This document shows positions 12,959 through 23,492 of a DNA stretch of 64,000 bases, piece by piece. Source of the stretch: Nemertoderma westbladi (taxonomy: Eukaryota > Animalia > Xenacoelomorpha); assembly GCA_032718475.1 (NCBI GenBank), contig JAUCBJ010000064.1, positions 34,175 through 98,174 of the forward strand. Reading direction: 5' to 3'. The notes below the pieces were generated by a model. The model did not search any database. It was not told the origin of the DNA and worked only from the letters and a program-made list of their open reading frames with translations. Within the stretch, counting starts at the first letter, position 1. Each line of letters opens with the position of its first letter. Both the position numbers and the translations under genes were made by a program.

Positions 12959-15505
12959 CTATCTGTTCCTCTGGGGATAGTTCCCCCTGGCGTCCTCTTC
13001 CCTGGGTCGTTTCTTGGTTACCACCGCTCCTCTGGGGTCCGCTTTCTGCTTTCGGACTTTCGCCGCCACCTCCCTGCTGATTCCGGTTGTTGGCTCCTTG
13101 GGCGCTGGTGTTATTAGTGCCCGATATCGCTTCGCCGGTGGCCCCTCAGAGTGGCCCTGTTGTCTCCCTCTGGTGGCGTCCCATAGGATCATTTTCATTG
13201 CTTGCGGCACGTGTTCCGCCAAGAAATCCCTAAACTCCCCTCGGTTCTGTGGCGTCCACCTGTCCAAATATCTTTGTGTGTTCATCACTCCGGCATAAGA
13301 CGCTGCCGTTGCTACCTCTTGATAGGTAAACGGTAGCCTCTGCTTTATGATTTCCATGTGAGCCTCCTGATTGATAAGGAAGAAACCCCACTTGAACTCC
13401 TGGGCCTTCATGCGCTGGCGCGTCATAGCCCCGACGTCGGCCCACTCCTCGAATCTCCTAAACTTCTTCTCGTCGTCCATCCAGTCGCACTGGCGTCTGA
13501 AGTGTCCCCGAAAGTTGCACTTTGGACATCGGTTATGCAACCGTGGACACGCCCCCATCCTGTGGCTCGGCTCTCGGCAGTAGAGACAAAAGGTTCCCTT
13601 TTGGAACCGGTACAAGCAGCTCCTTTCCTGGTGGGTCTGCATCCCACAGTAGTCGCAGCCGAGTACCAATGTCTCCCGCCCCACGTCGTCCTTCGTCCCA
13701 AGCGATCTCAGCGGTCTGTGGAGTCGCTGGTAGGCAAACTTCTCCACGTTTGTGTCTCTTTCTACATCGATCTCTCCACCCCTCTCGGGCATCGTCTCCC
13801 CGAATACTATTCGTGGTGCCGTCCCCGGTTGCTCGTCCAACCTGATAGTGCTCCCCGCGAAACCCATCGCCGGCTCCTCGTGCACCCAGGTCCGCTTGCC
13901 GGATCTGTTCCAGAAGGCCCTCGCCCCACTGGCCGTCACCACCCTACCGCCAACCCAGTCCGTGTCCGAGTGGCCTATCCTCTCGATGGGCGGCATCTCT
14001 CCGAACTCGTCGTCGTCCTCCTCCTCCTCTGGCAGTGGCTTCAACCCCGGTATCCCGATGAATCCACTATGTCCCTTCCCGCCTTGGCTCTCGCCCGTAG
14101 CTCTCCATCCCTCTAGTTCCCTTAACTTCCTTGGCGGTTGGTCGCCTTCGGCGCCCGCTGGTATGGGCATCTCTCGCAACCCCGACGTCGACTGTTTCGG
14201 TGATTCCACCATCCATCCCAGTTCTCGCCCTAGAGACTCCCCCGAACTCGCTGACAAAGTCCAATGAAGTTCGTCTAGGCCTGCCTGTTCCTCGAAGCCG
14301 TAACTCTGCATCCTGGCCTCCTCTTCCCTCTCCTCTGCTTCTATCCTCTCCCTTCTAGCGACTTCTTCCAGTCGCTTTACTTCTCGTCTATCCGTCTCTA
14401 GCTGCTCCCATCTCTGATACGGCGTATCTGTCTCCCCGTCTACCAGATGTCGGCTGTTGTAGTACACCGACTCGCCCTTCAGCCCCGGGTGGTCTACCAG
14501 ACCGTCGAAGGCAACTTTAAAGGCTCTCCTGTAGCTTAGGGGTGATCCCGATAACAGAAATGCTGCTGGTTCCCTCTCGATAACCACGGTCATGAATAAG
14601 TTAAGCAAACTTATCATCATCCAGTCCTCCTGCAGGATATATCGCTTCTGATATACCTTTATCGCTCCCCTGCGGAATTGATATACCTCTTGCTTTCCCG
14701 GTCTCGCTCCCCACTTTAGCGAGTTCGCTAGTTCTGCTCCATATTCTTCCCTGAACTTCCCCCAGTCCATCGGTTTGTGGCACATGAGCCCCAATAGCTG
14801 GCCCATTGCCACCGCCCCGCATTGGCCTGTGTTTTCGACTACCCCCAACCCATCCGGTGCCGTCATAGCCATGAAGACCTTCTGAATATCCAGGAGGTTG
14901 GTGGCGTCCGGACCGATGATTCTCTCCGCATCCTCGCGAATCGCCGATCCCACTTTCGTCGTCGACTCTTCTCTTACCAGGACTTGTACCGCTTTCGGCA
15001 ACCGGTTCAATTTCGGCCCGTCCTTCTTCCCATACGTTCCTAGATCAAATAGGAAGATGTCCCCATTTGGCGCGGCCAAATGTAGGACTATGGTCCTGGC
15101 CGACCCTGCCGATCCTCGTCTCGAACCCACCTCGTCTTCCACGGTCCCCTCGTCGTCTAGGATCATATATCCTCCCCTGTTGACGGACTCTGTGAATCTC
15201 TTCCAGTCCTTTCTCGGTGATTCCCTCGGGTACTTCGGAATCCCGACCTTCGCCTCGTCCCCTTTCACCACGTAGTGGAAGTGTTGGAAGATCGCGTTGT
15301 CCAGCGACGGCGTCCCGTAGGTCCCGACCAGCCGCTGTTCGTGCATCTCCCGGAAGTGATCCTGCAGCGCTCGTGCCACGTGACCCCTTTCCAACCTCTT
15401 GTAGTATCCTCTCGTCTTCTCTTCCGGATGCCTCTCGGTGAAATCCACCAGTATCTCCTTTCCTCCTGACTCCGCCTTTCTCTTTCTGATCAATTTGCTC
15501 GCCAT
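12959..15505 (-). CDS. BEL-1 accessory protein: DEDDy-type (WRN/EXD/Mut-7-like) 3'-5' exonuclease plus 3 CCHC zinc knuckles, 848 aa from the first ATG
   Basis: Uninterrupted ORF; ExoI ILDDEG, LHLAAPNGDIFLFDL, LPKAVQVLV...KVGSAIRED (ExoII), LLDIQ, ExoIII-like YILQED; knuckles CDYC..H..C, CLYC..H..C, CPKC..H..C. Confidence 0.8.
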   Translation of the reverse strand: MASKLIRKRKAESGGKEILVDFTERHPEEKTRGYYKRLERGHVARALQDHFREMHEQRLVGTYGTPSLDNAIFQHFHYVVKGDEAKVGIPKYPRESPRKDWKRFTESVNRGGYMILDDEGTVEDEVGSRRGSAGSARTIVLHLAAPNGDIFLFDLGTYGKKDGPKLNRLPKAVQVLVREESTTKVGSAIREDAERIIGPDATNLLDIQKVFMAMTAPDGLGVVENTGQCGAVAMGQLLGLMCHKPMDWGKFREEYGAELANSLKWGARPGKQEVYQFRRGAIKVYQKRYILQEDWMMISLLNLFMTVVIEREPAAFLLSGSPLSYRRAFKVAFDGLVDHPGLKGESVYYNSRHLVDGETDTPYQRWEQLETDRREVKRLEEVARRERIEAEEREEEARMQSYGFEEQAGLDELHWTLSASSGESLGRELGWMVESPKQSTSGLREMPIPAGAEGDQPPRKLRELEGWRATGESQGGKGHSGFIGIPGLKPLPEEEEDDDEFGEMPPIERIGHSDTDWVGGRVVTASGARAFWNRSGKRTWVHEEPAMGFAGSTIRLDEQPGTAPRIVFGETMPERGGEIDVERDTNVEKFAYQRLHRPLRSLGTKDDVGRETLVLGCDYCGMQTHQERSCLYRFQKGTFCLYCREPSHRMGACPRLHNRCPKCNFRGHFRRQCDWMDDEKKFRRFEEWADVGAMTRQRMKAQEFKWGFFLINQEAHMEIIKQRLPFTYQEVATAASYAGVMNTQRYLDRWTPQNRGEFRDFLAEHVPQAMKMILWDATRGRQQGHSEGPPAKRYRALITPAPKEPTTGISREVAAKVRKQKADPRGAVVTKKRPREEDARGNYPQRNR

Positions 15506-15984
15506 TCCGAACACTCACTCGCTCACCTGTAAGGTGGTGCCTTACCAAGGCGCAATACAGATGAGTGATGTATCTAAGATGTTCTGTACAGTCGGATAAT
15601 GGCCTATTTCTTACTTAACTGCGCCCTTTTAGCCTAAATTATTACTAATTAATTTTGAAGCTAGTAAATACACCCTAATTTCGATTTCTGTCCGGTACTT
15701 TTATTATGTTCCAGAATAACTTTCCTAGTGTTGCCATAATTTGTAACTTTCAGCCCTATTCTATTTATTTTAGTTTTAATTCTACTGTCCTACTACTTAC
15801 TATTGCCTATGGATTATTCTATTCTCTAATCCACATTCTGGCCTACTCTGTGGGCCTGTGCAGTACAGCAGTATGCGTCGTGTGGCCACACGATTTACCC
15901 AGCTGTACTCATATGCCCCCCTCTCCCTACTAACTGCTAACTAATATCTATATCCTATATACCCTTCTACCTCTTACTCTCTTT

Positions 15985-16700
15985 CTCTAACTAACGGTAC
16001 TACGTACCCTCTAACTCTCTAACTAACTAGCGGTACCACGTACCCTCTAACTCTCTAACTAACTAGCGGTACTACGTACCCTCTAACTCTCTAACTAACT
16101 AGCAGTACTACGTACCCTCTAACCCTCTAACTAACTAGCGGTACTACGTACCCTCTAACTCTCTAACTAACTAGCGGTACTACGTACCTCCTAACTCTCT
16201 AACTAACTAGTGGTACTACGTACCCTCTAACTCTCTAACTAACTAGCGGTACTACGTACCCTCTCTAACTCTCTAACTAACTAGCTGTACTACGTACCCT
16301 CTAACTCTCTAACTAACTAGCGGTACTACGTACCCTCTAACTCTCTAACTAACTAGGGGTACTACGTACCCTCTAACTCTCTAACTAACTAGCAGTACTA
16401 CGTACCCTCTAACTCTCTAACTAACTAGCGGTACTACGTACCCTCTAACTCTCTAACTAACTAGCGGTACTACGTACCCTCTAACTCTCTAACTAACTAG
16501 CGGTACTACGTACCCTCTAACTCTCTAACTAACTAGCGGTACTACATACCCTCTAACTCTCTAACTAACTAGTGGTACTACGTACCCTCTAACTCTCTAA
16601 CTAACTAGCGGTACTACGTACCTTCTAACTCTCTAACTAACTAGTGGTACTACGTACCTCCTAACTAACTGACTCTAGGTACTACGTACCTCTTAACTAA
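15985..16700. repeat. 36-bp tandem array (~19-20 units) inside BEL-1 between pol and the accessory ORF
   Basis: Unit CTAACTAGCGGTACTACGTACCCTCTAACTCTCTAA; no unique spacers. Confidence 0.95.
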
Positions 16701-16942
16701 CTTCTGCCTACTAACTGCGTACCTACTATGTACTATTATTTTATTTTTATTTTCTATATTTTTTTTTTTTATTTGCATGGGAAGGGCGTCTCGCCCTCAA
16801 TCCCATCCCCCTCAGTCCAATGCTTGGACGACTAAACTCTTCCCCAACTCCACTAAGGTGCCTCTTCTAGCAGACAGCATTTCCCTACAGCTCTCCTGTA
16901 GGTTTTTCTGTCCTTCGCACCTATCTTACCACTTACCACCTA

Positions 16943-19900
16943 TCACTCGGAGTAAGTGCTTACATCTCTCGCCAACCGCCATTGGTTGTTGATGATAGTA
17001 TCATCCGTGACGATTACGAGATCTCCCTCTCTTAACTCCCTGTTCGGCTTCCTCCACTTGCTTCTTTTATGGAGTGTGGGTAGGTATTCTTCTACCCACC
17101 TCCTCCAATACTCTGCGCTTATTGCTATAGCGACTTTCCAACTCTGGCGGGAGTGTATATCATCTGGGTCTACACCCCGCATATCGATGGTCGCTGGCCT
17201 TTCCATCAGAAAATGGCTAGGCGTCAGCACGTCTAGTGACTCAGGGTCATCATTCTCCGGATATAGCGGTCTGCTATTAATGATCCCCTCGCACTTCGCA
17301 AGCACTGTCCGTAAAACGTCCTCAGTGACCATGTGGGTGTTCATTAGCTTCGTCATTAGACGCTTTGAACTGCCCACCAGTCTCTCGACGCATCCTAGTG
17401 TATGTGGTGCATACGGCGTCCTTTTCTCCCACTTAACTTGTCGTCATCTCATGGTCGCCATGACTTCCTCCCCTTCCAAGATGTCCAAGGCCTCTGCCAT
17501 CTCATTCTCTGCGCCCACAAAGTTTGTGCCGTTGTCGCTGTATATCACTGCGATCGTCCCACCTTTGCGGTCTCTGAACCTTTCCAAGGCATTAATGAAT
17601 GCTGATGCGGTTGCATCTTGGGCGAGTTCTATCCCTACCGCCCGCGTGTTGTTACATACGAAGATGATACCGTAGCGTTTCTCCGTGTGCCGCATCACCT
17701 TGATCTTTATCGGCCCGAACATGTCCACACCGCAATGCGTAAATGGCGGGTCGTGCTGTCTTACTCTACTCGCTGGTAGTGGCGCCATCTCTTGTATGGC
17801 TCGCTCCTTCTTCGCTCGTCGGCAGGTCTGGCACTGCCCCACCACCGCTTCTACCTTCTTCCTCAACTGTTTGACCCAAAAGGTCCTCCTTATCTCTGTG
17901 AGAGTTCTGTTGGTGCCCCCGTGCAATATCGACTTGTGGGAGTCCCAGATAATCTGGTGAACTATTGGCGCTCCTGTTGGAATGATGATGGGTTTCGGTG
18001 GTATGATTATGCTGTTGTTGTATCCCACCCTAGAATTCATTACTAGAATCCCGTCGTCATTAAGTTGTGGCGACAGCGCGATCAGCTCGCTGTCCCGTCG
18101 AAGGTGTTGTTGGTTACCAACGCGTTCCACCTCGTCGCCATAGTTCTTCCGTTGTTCATAGCGGATGACTGCCTTGGCCGCTCCTTCCAGATCTATGTAT
18201 GTCTTGATCTTCTTGTCCTTGCCGACTCCCGCGAGGAAATTCCCGAAGGCTCTCCAGTACGCCACTAGTTTCTTGGTCTTATACCAACTAGAACTGTAGC
18301 TGAGGAGTTTATCCGTCGGGTTATCACACAGTTCTCGTCTTGGTTGCACGTCCCTAATCTCCCTCACCATCTGGGAGTATATCTCTTCTCCCTCTGAATC
18401 TCCTTCTTCTCCCTCTGACACTACTTCTGAGTCCGGATCCACCTTTCTCATCGGCGGCCAGGCCTCCTTATCGCTCAGAAATTGTGGCCCATGTTGCCAC
18501 AATACTTCCTTCTTCAAGAAAGTGTGGCGTACCACGCCCCTCGACAACAAGTCCGCTGGGTTCTCGTCTGTTGGGCAGTAGTGCCACCTTTCCAGTTCTG
18601 TGGTCGCCCTTATTTCGTCCACTCTATTTGCGACGAATATTGGGTATCTCGTCCTTTCGTTATGTAGCCAACCAAGCACTACCATGGAGTCCGTCCAGTA
18701 GTGTGTCTCCACTATGTTGGGAATAGTATCCACTAGGTAGGCTGTGGCTCTAACTCCTAGTCTCGCAGCTGTCAATTCTAACTTGGGAACTGATGCTGAA
18801 TCTGGCGGCGTTGACTTTGCTTTGCTAAAGGCTAGTCTGGGTTTATGAGCCCCCTCTCGTTGTACTAAATAGAGTGCCGCTCCGTACGCCTCCAACGACG
18901 CATCGGAGAACATGTGTAGGTCCAGATTCGTCATGTTCCCATCCGGGAAATACACTCGTGGCATGTTGTATGTTCCCATCTTCTCCAAGTCTCCTGTCCA
19001 CTTACTCCACTGTTTCTTGATTTCCTCTGGTACCTCTACGTCCCACTCATCCTTCAATTTGTATACTCTCTTGAGTATCTGTTTCCCCGTGACTAATAAT
19101 GGGGATGCTAGGCCTAGGGGATCGTATATCCTTGCTATGTACGATACATAGCCCCTCTTCGTGTGGATGTCTGCGCCCTCCTGGCTCAGCTGATACTTCA
19201 GTTCGTCTGTCTCTCTGTTCCACACGATTCCCAATGCCTTCTGTTGAGATTCTGTTCTCTTGTTCGCCATGTCCTGCCCTTTGGCTGTTGTGGGATTATC
19301 CATGGTCGATTCTGGCCTCTTGTCCTCTATCGCCTTGATAAATTCTTCCGAACTGGATTGGAATTTGGTCAGGTTAAAGCCGGATCCTTTTAGGATGTCG
19401 CGAACCTCGCGCCCCATGTCCAGTATCTCCTTAACCGTATTTCCAGACTCCATTCCGTCGTCTACGTAGAAGCCGCGTCAAATCATATCGACGGCCCTAC
19501 TGCTGTATCTGTCTTCCTTCCCCTTCACTGTGTCTCTCACTGCCATAGTCGTCGTAAATGAAGACGACTTGGCCCCCATGTTTTGTACTACCATCTTATA
19601 TGCCGGTATTATCGACGGTTCTTCCTCGCCGTTATACCATAAGAAGCGTTGACTGTCGCTATCTTCCTCCGTTACACGGACTTGGTTGAACATGCCTTCT
19701 ATGTCACACGTGAAGGCGTGTTTCCCATTTCTAAAACTAAGTAGGACCTCTATGCCTGAGTTGTATATGTTTGGGCCTTCTAACAGATAGTCGTTTAAGC
19801 ATTTTCCGTTGGTCTTTGCCGATGCGTCAACCACCATCCGCAGTTTACCTTTCTTTGGGTCTAAAGCCACGTGGAGTGGCAGGTAATATGTCCTGTCCGT

Positions 19901-21553
19901 GTTCGGTTCGTCGACCGGTAACTCCACGGCCCATCCTTTCTCGACGTACTTCTTAATCGTTCTGTGGATGTACTCATTCTTCTCGGGGCTCCGTTTTAGT
20001 GTTTGTTTCATCTTGCGGAGTCTCGTGAGTACCATCCCTCTATTATCGGGCAGCGGTATCTTCGGTAGTTTCCATACCATTCCTATAGTATACCGCCCCT
20101 CATCGCATGTCATCGATTCCTCCACGCTTTGTAAAGCCTGCTTGTCTTCTACCGAGGTCCCGACCCCGGTTTCTTTCAGTCCCTCGAAATCTTGTCTGAG
20201 CAGTCTTTTAAGCTGCTCCTCTGCTCCCTCATCACCCATTTCCTGCATTGTTCCCGCGAACATGCATCCTGATGTCTCCGACATCCTAAATGGTATCTTG
20301 CTCTTGATTGGGCCACTCAGCGTCCACCCGAATGGTGTTAATATCGCCACCGGGTCACACTGCTTGTCTTCGCCGAAGACCGTTTTCATTCTTTCGTGGG
20401 CCGTTGGGCAGTCCATTCCCACTATGATGGATACCTTCCTAACGTCCACACTTGGGATTGAGAAGTCAATGTCGTCCAGGAATTTATATTGCTCGACCTC
20501 GATGTTGGTTGGCCGCCTGGCATTGATATTAATTGACTCTATCACTTGGATGGGGTCGATGGTTGCCCCGTAGTCGCACCCCGGTGCCACAGCTGCAATT
20601 GCGCACCGTCCTGTTCTCATCTCCAGGATCTCATCTTTGCTAGAGATGGTTGTTACCGCCATTCTGCTTGGCCTCGTTCTCAATCCTATCTCTTCGGCCA
20701 CCCATTCCTCGACTAATGTGAAGGCAGCTCCACTGTCAACCAGCATTAGTGTTGTTACTGATCGATTGCCTTCCCCAATCACTCGCACGGGTACTACTCC
20801 AAGTAGCACCGTTCCTCTCTTCTTCGCCCCTTCTGTGCTCGTTGCCATCGTTTGGCCTCTCCTTTGACCGAACTTTACCGGCTTCTCCTTGTATTCCCTA
20901 GCTCTATGTCCACTCATCACACACCGTGAGCAGATTTTATTGCTCAACGCATAATCTATCTGATCTTGCCTAGATAGCGCCTGCCAGTACCTGCAGTTCA
21001 TGGTTTGATGAAGCGCATTTGCGTGTAGCTGGCATTTGCTCTTTGGGTCGTAGCCCTCCTTATACAGCGCATTGCGTATCGCAGCTGCGTTTGTTCCAAA
21101 GTCCCTACTATTCTTATTGTTTGCATTCGGCCTACTGGACGTACTGGGGTTATATTTATTCGTGTTGTTATTGTTCCCCTGTCCATTCCATGGTGTGGTC
21201 TTACCTTCGGCTACCTGTGGACTTGCAGTCCCCTGCGTCGCTGCGTATGGCAGCGATTGCCTTAGCTTTGGTAATGCGTTTGATGTATTATGCTCTGGTT
21301 TCGGTCTATGGTAATCCGTCTTTGGTCCCTTTCCCAGGCTATCTTCGCTATAGACTGGGTCGGTTATTAGTTCTGCTTCGTAGTTTAGGAAGTTTGACAT
21401 TTCTTCTAAACCCGGTTCCGCACCCTTTCTATCTCGAGTGGTGAAGGCGATTTTCCTCCACTTGTTGCGCAGCCGGATCGGTAGTGCCTGCACTATCGTG
21501 GTGATGTTATTGGACGCGTTGAGCTCGTATGGCGCGTCTAGCGTCTTTAGCAC
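16943..21553 (-). pseudogene. BEL-1 gag C-terminus and pol (aspartic protease, RT, RNase H, integrase), disrupted
   Basis: LVDSGA protease; CDIEGMFNQV and FYVDD RT (in-frame TGA at 19478); FSDAS...AYGA, YWTDS, NPAD RNase H; H..H..CQTC, GVDMFGP, SDNGTNF integrase; frameshift near 17445. Confidence 0.92.
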
Positions 21554-21813
21554 GATTAGCGCCTTTTCGACTTTGTTAGCAAATGTCTTAATGCTAACCC
21601 GATGTTATGCCTCTCAGTGTTTGCCTGATGATCTTGGCCGGGTGCCCGTATTCCCTGTCCAGTGCCCGCCATGCTGTCGTGAAGCCGCCCTCTATGCCTT
21701 GATATTGCCTCACGATATCGTATGCTGGGCCTCCCATGTATACTTGGAGATATTTTAGGCACTCCGCCTGCGTTAAGTTCTTTGTTAGTATTTCGTTACT
21801 GTACATACGCCGA

Positions 21814-21941
21814 GCACCAGTTAAATAACTGGGAGCAAAACTTGGGATAGGAGTAGCGCCCACCCCTACCCTCGGGTAGCAGCTATCGAAAGAGGAGCCT
21901 TCGGTTCGCCTCCGGCCTCGGCCGACTGTTTGCTTTTTGCT
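21814..21941. mobile_element. 128-bp structured insertion in BEL-1 gag with a 12-bp TSD
   Basis: TACATACGCCGA at 21802-21813 and 21942-21953; removing the insert plus one copy restores QFRRMYSNEIL. Confidence 0.85.
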
Positions 21942-23317
21942 TACATACGCCGAAACTGTAGATATTCTTCCGGCCTACTCCCATCGAATTTGAATGGTTC
22001 CACGGGCGGTAATTCGATCCTCGTTTTCAACGCATCGATTAACGTGGCCATCCCCATCGCCTGCGCTTCCAATGGGTTCGATGGGTGTTGTATGGTTTCT
22101 CCCGTCTGGTGCTGTCGGTCCGTCCTATTTCCTGATTTCCTTTGACTTGGGTATGTCATTGGGGGTAGCGGCCCCCTCCATATTTCTGTGTCACACGACC
22201 TATTTTCATCCAAGGGACTCGCTGTCCTTGCTCCTATCGGGGTATATTGTTGATATTGTGATGGGGGAATGTCACCCTGTCCCCCCCCACCAGTATGTTT
22301 GGTACTGGGGTTGATGTTAATATATTGGGGCCCATGCATCTATCCGCAATAATTCCCCCCTCCCCTGGGTATATGTTATATCCTTTGGTGCTGTAGTCAT
22401 ACTGCTGCACTGGTACCGGTATAGGCCTATCCGCTTCTGGCCTACCTACCGGAATGTATTCCGCGACTTCCGGGTTTAATCCCGTCGTCCGCGCTATCCT
22501 ATCGCCTACATTGCCTCTGTCAGCATGGCCTATGGTATGTGCAGTAAGGCCTACAGTATGTCCTACAGTCTGTATGTGTTGCTCGGGATCGAAGTTTATT
22601 CTTCTCGAATAATCCTCCCCGCGGCTACCGTATTCTCGATCGGCAGGCATATCCCGTCGGAAAGTTTCTCTTCGACCCCCTCTACTGCTCTCATCTTCGT
22701 GCCGGTACATCATGTACCCCTCTCTCGACGCTTAGTGCGCCTCGTCGGGTCGCGTCTCTCCGGGGCGACGGCAATCTCCCGTAGTTCGACTCCAGCGACT
22801 CTCTCCTTCCATCTCAACTACCGACGGCTCACTATCCGTCCTCGCTCTTCTATCGTTTGCGGCGATACTTCTCCTACCGTCTTCTCTTCTTCTTCTATCA
22901 GTGCAGTATTCCCGCTCGTGAGATCTCTCGTCGACCTCCCGGTTAAACTCCACTGTTCTTATTCCCTCTTCTGATCGGGCTCGACGCTCCGTCCGCCCTC
23001 TCGCGACGTCAACCTGCCTCTCTCTGCTCGATCGCACGCCACTGGGGATACTCGCGATCCCCCTATTACTCTCCGTCGCCGGGTGTTGCGGTTTACCTAC
23101 TTCGGCCCGCGCATTATCCGTTGACGCCTGCGGGGCACTCTCTGCCCCCCCCCCCCCCTTTCGCCGCTAACTTGCTGTTGTGGGGTTCCTGTAATCCCCC
23201 CCCCATTCGCCACATCTAACTTCGCTATCTCTCGCTCCGCTGCTATATCCCTCTCTAGTCGACACATCAACCCTACAGCGGCTGGGTCCATTCACCCCCG
23301 CCCCTCCCTCTGCTATT

Positions 23318-23492
23318 GTGTGGCCTACCAGGCCCTCTACTCCCTGCCTACCAACTACGTGGCCTACCAGGCCCTCTACTCCCTGCCTACCAACTACGTG
23401 GCCTACCAGGCCCTCTACTCCCTGCCTACCAGCTACGTGGCCTACCAGGCCCTCTACTCCCTGCCTACCAGCTACGTGGCCTGCCAGGCCCT
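23318..23492. repeat. 39-bp tandem repeat (~4.5 units) in BEL-1 gag
   Basis: Unit GTGGCCTACCAGGCCCTCTACTCCCTGCCTACCAACTAC, encoding GLVGHVVGRQGVE on the minus strand. Confidence 0.9.

Noticed and set aside
12959-15505. env gene
   Set aside because: No signal peptide or transmembrane anchor; the motifs are those of a nuclease and zinc knuckles.
15985-16700. CRISPR-like 36-bp periodicity with a palindrome
   Set aside because: Units are head-to-tail with no unique spacers, there are no cas genes, and the context is a eukaryotic LTR element.
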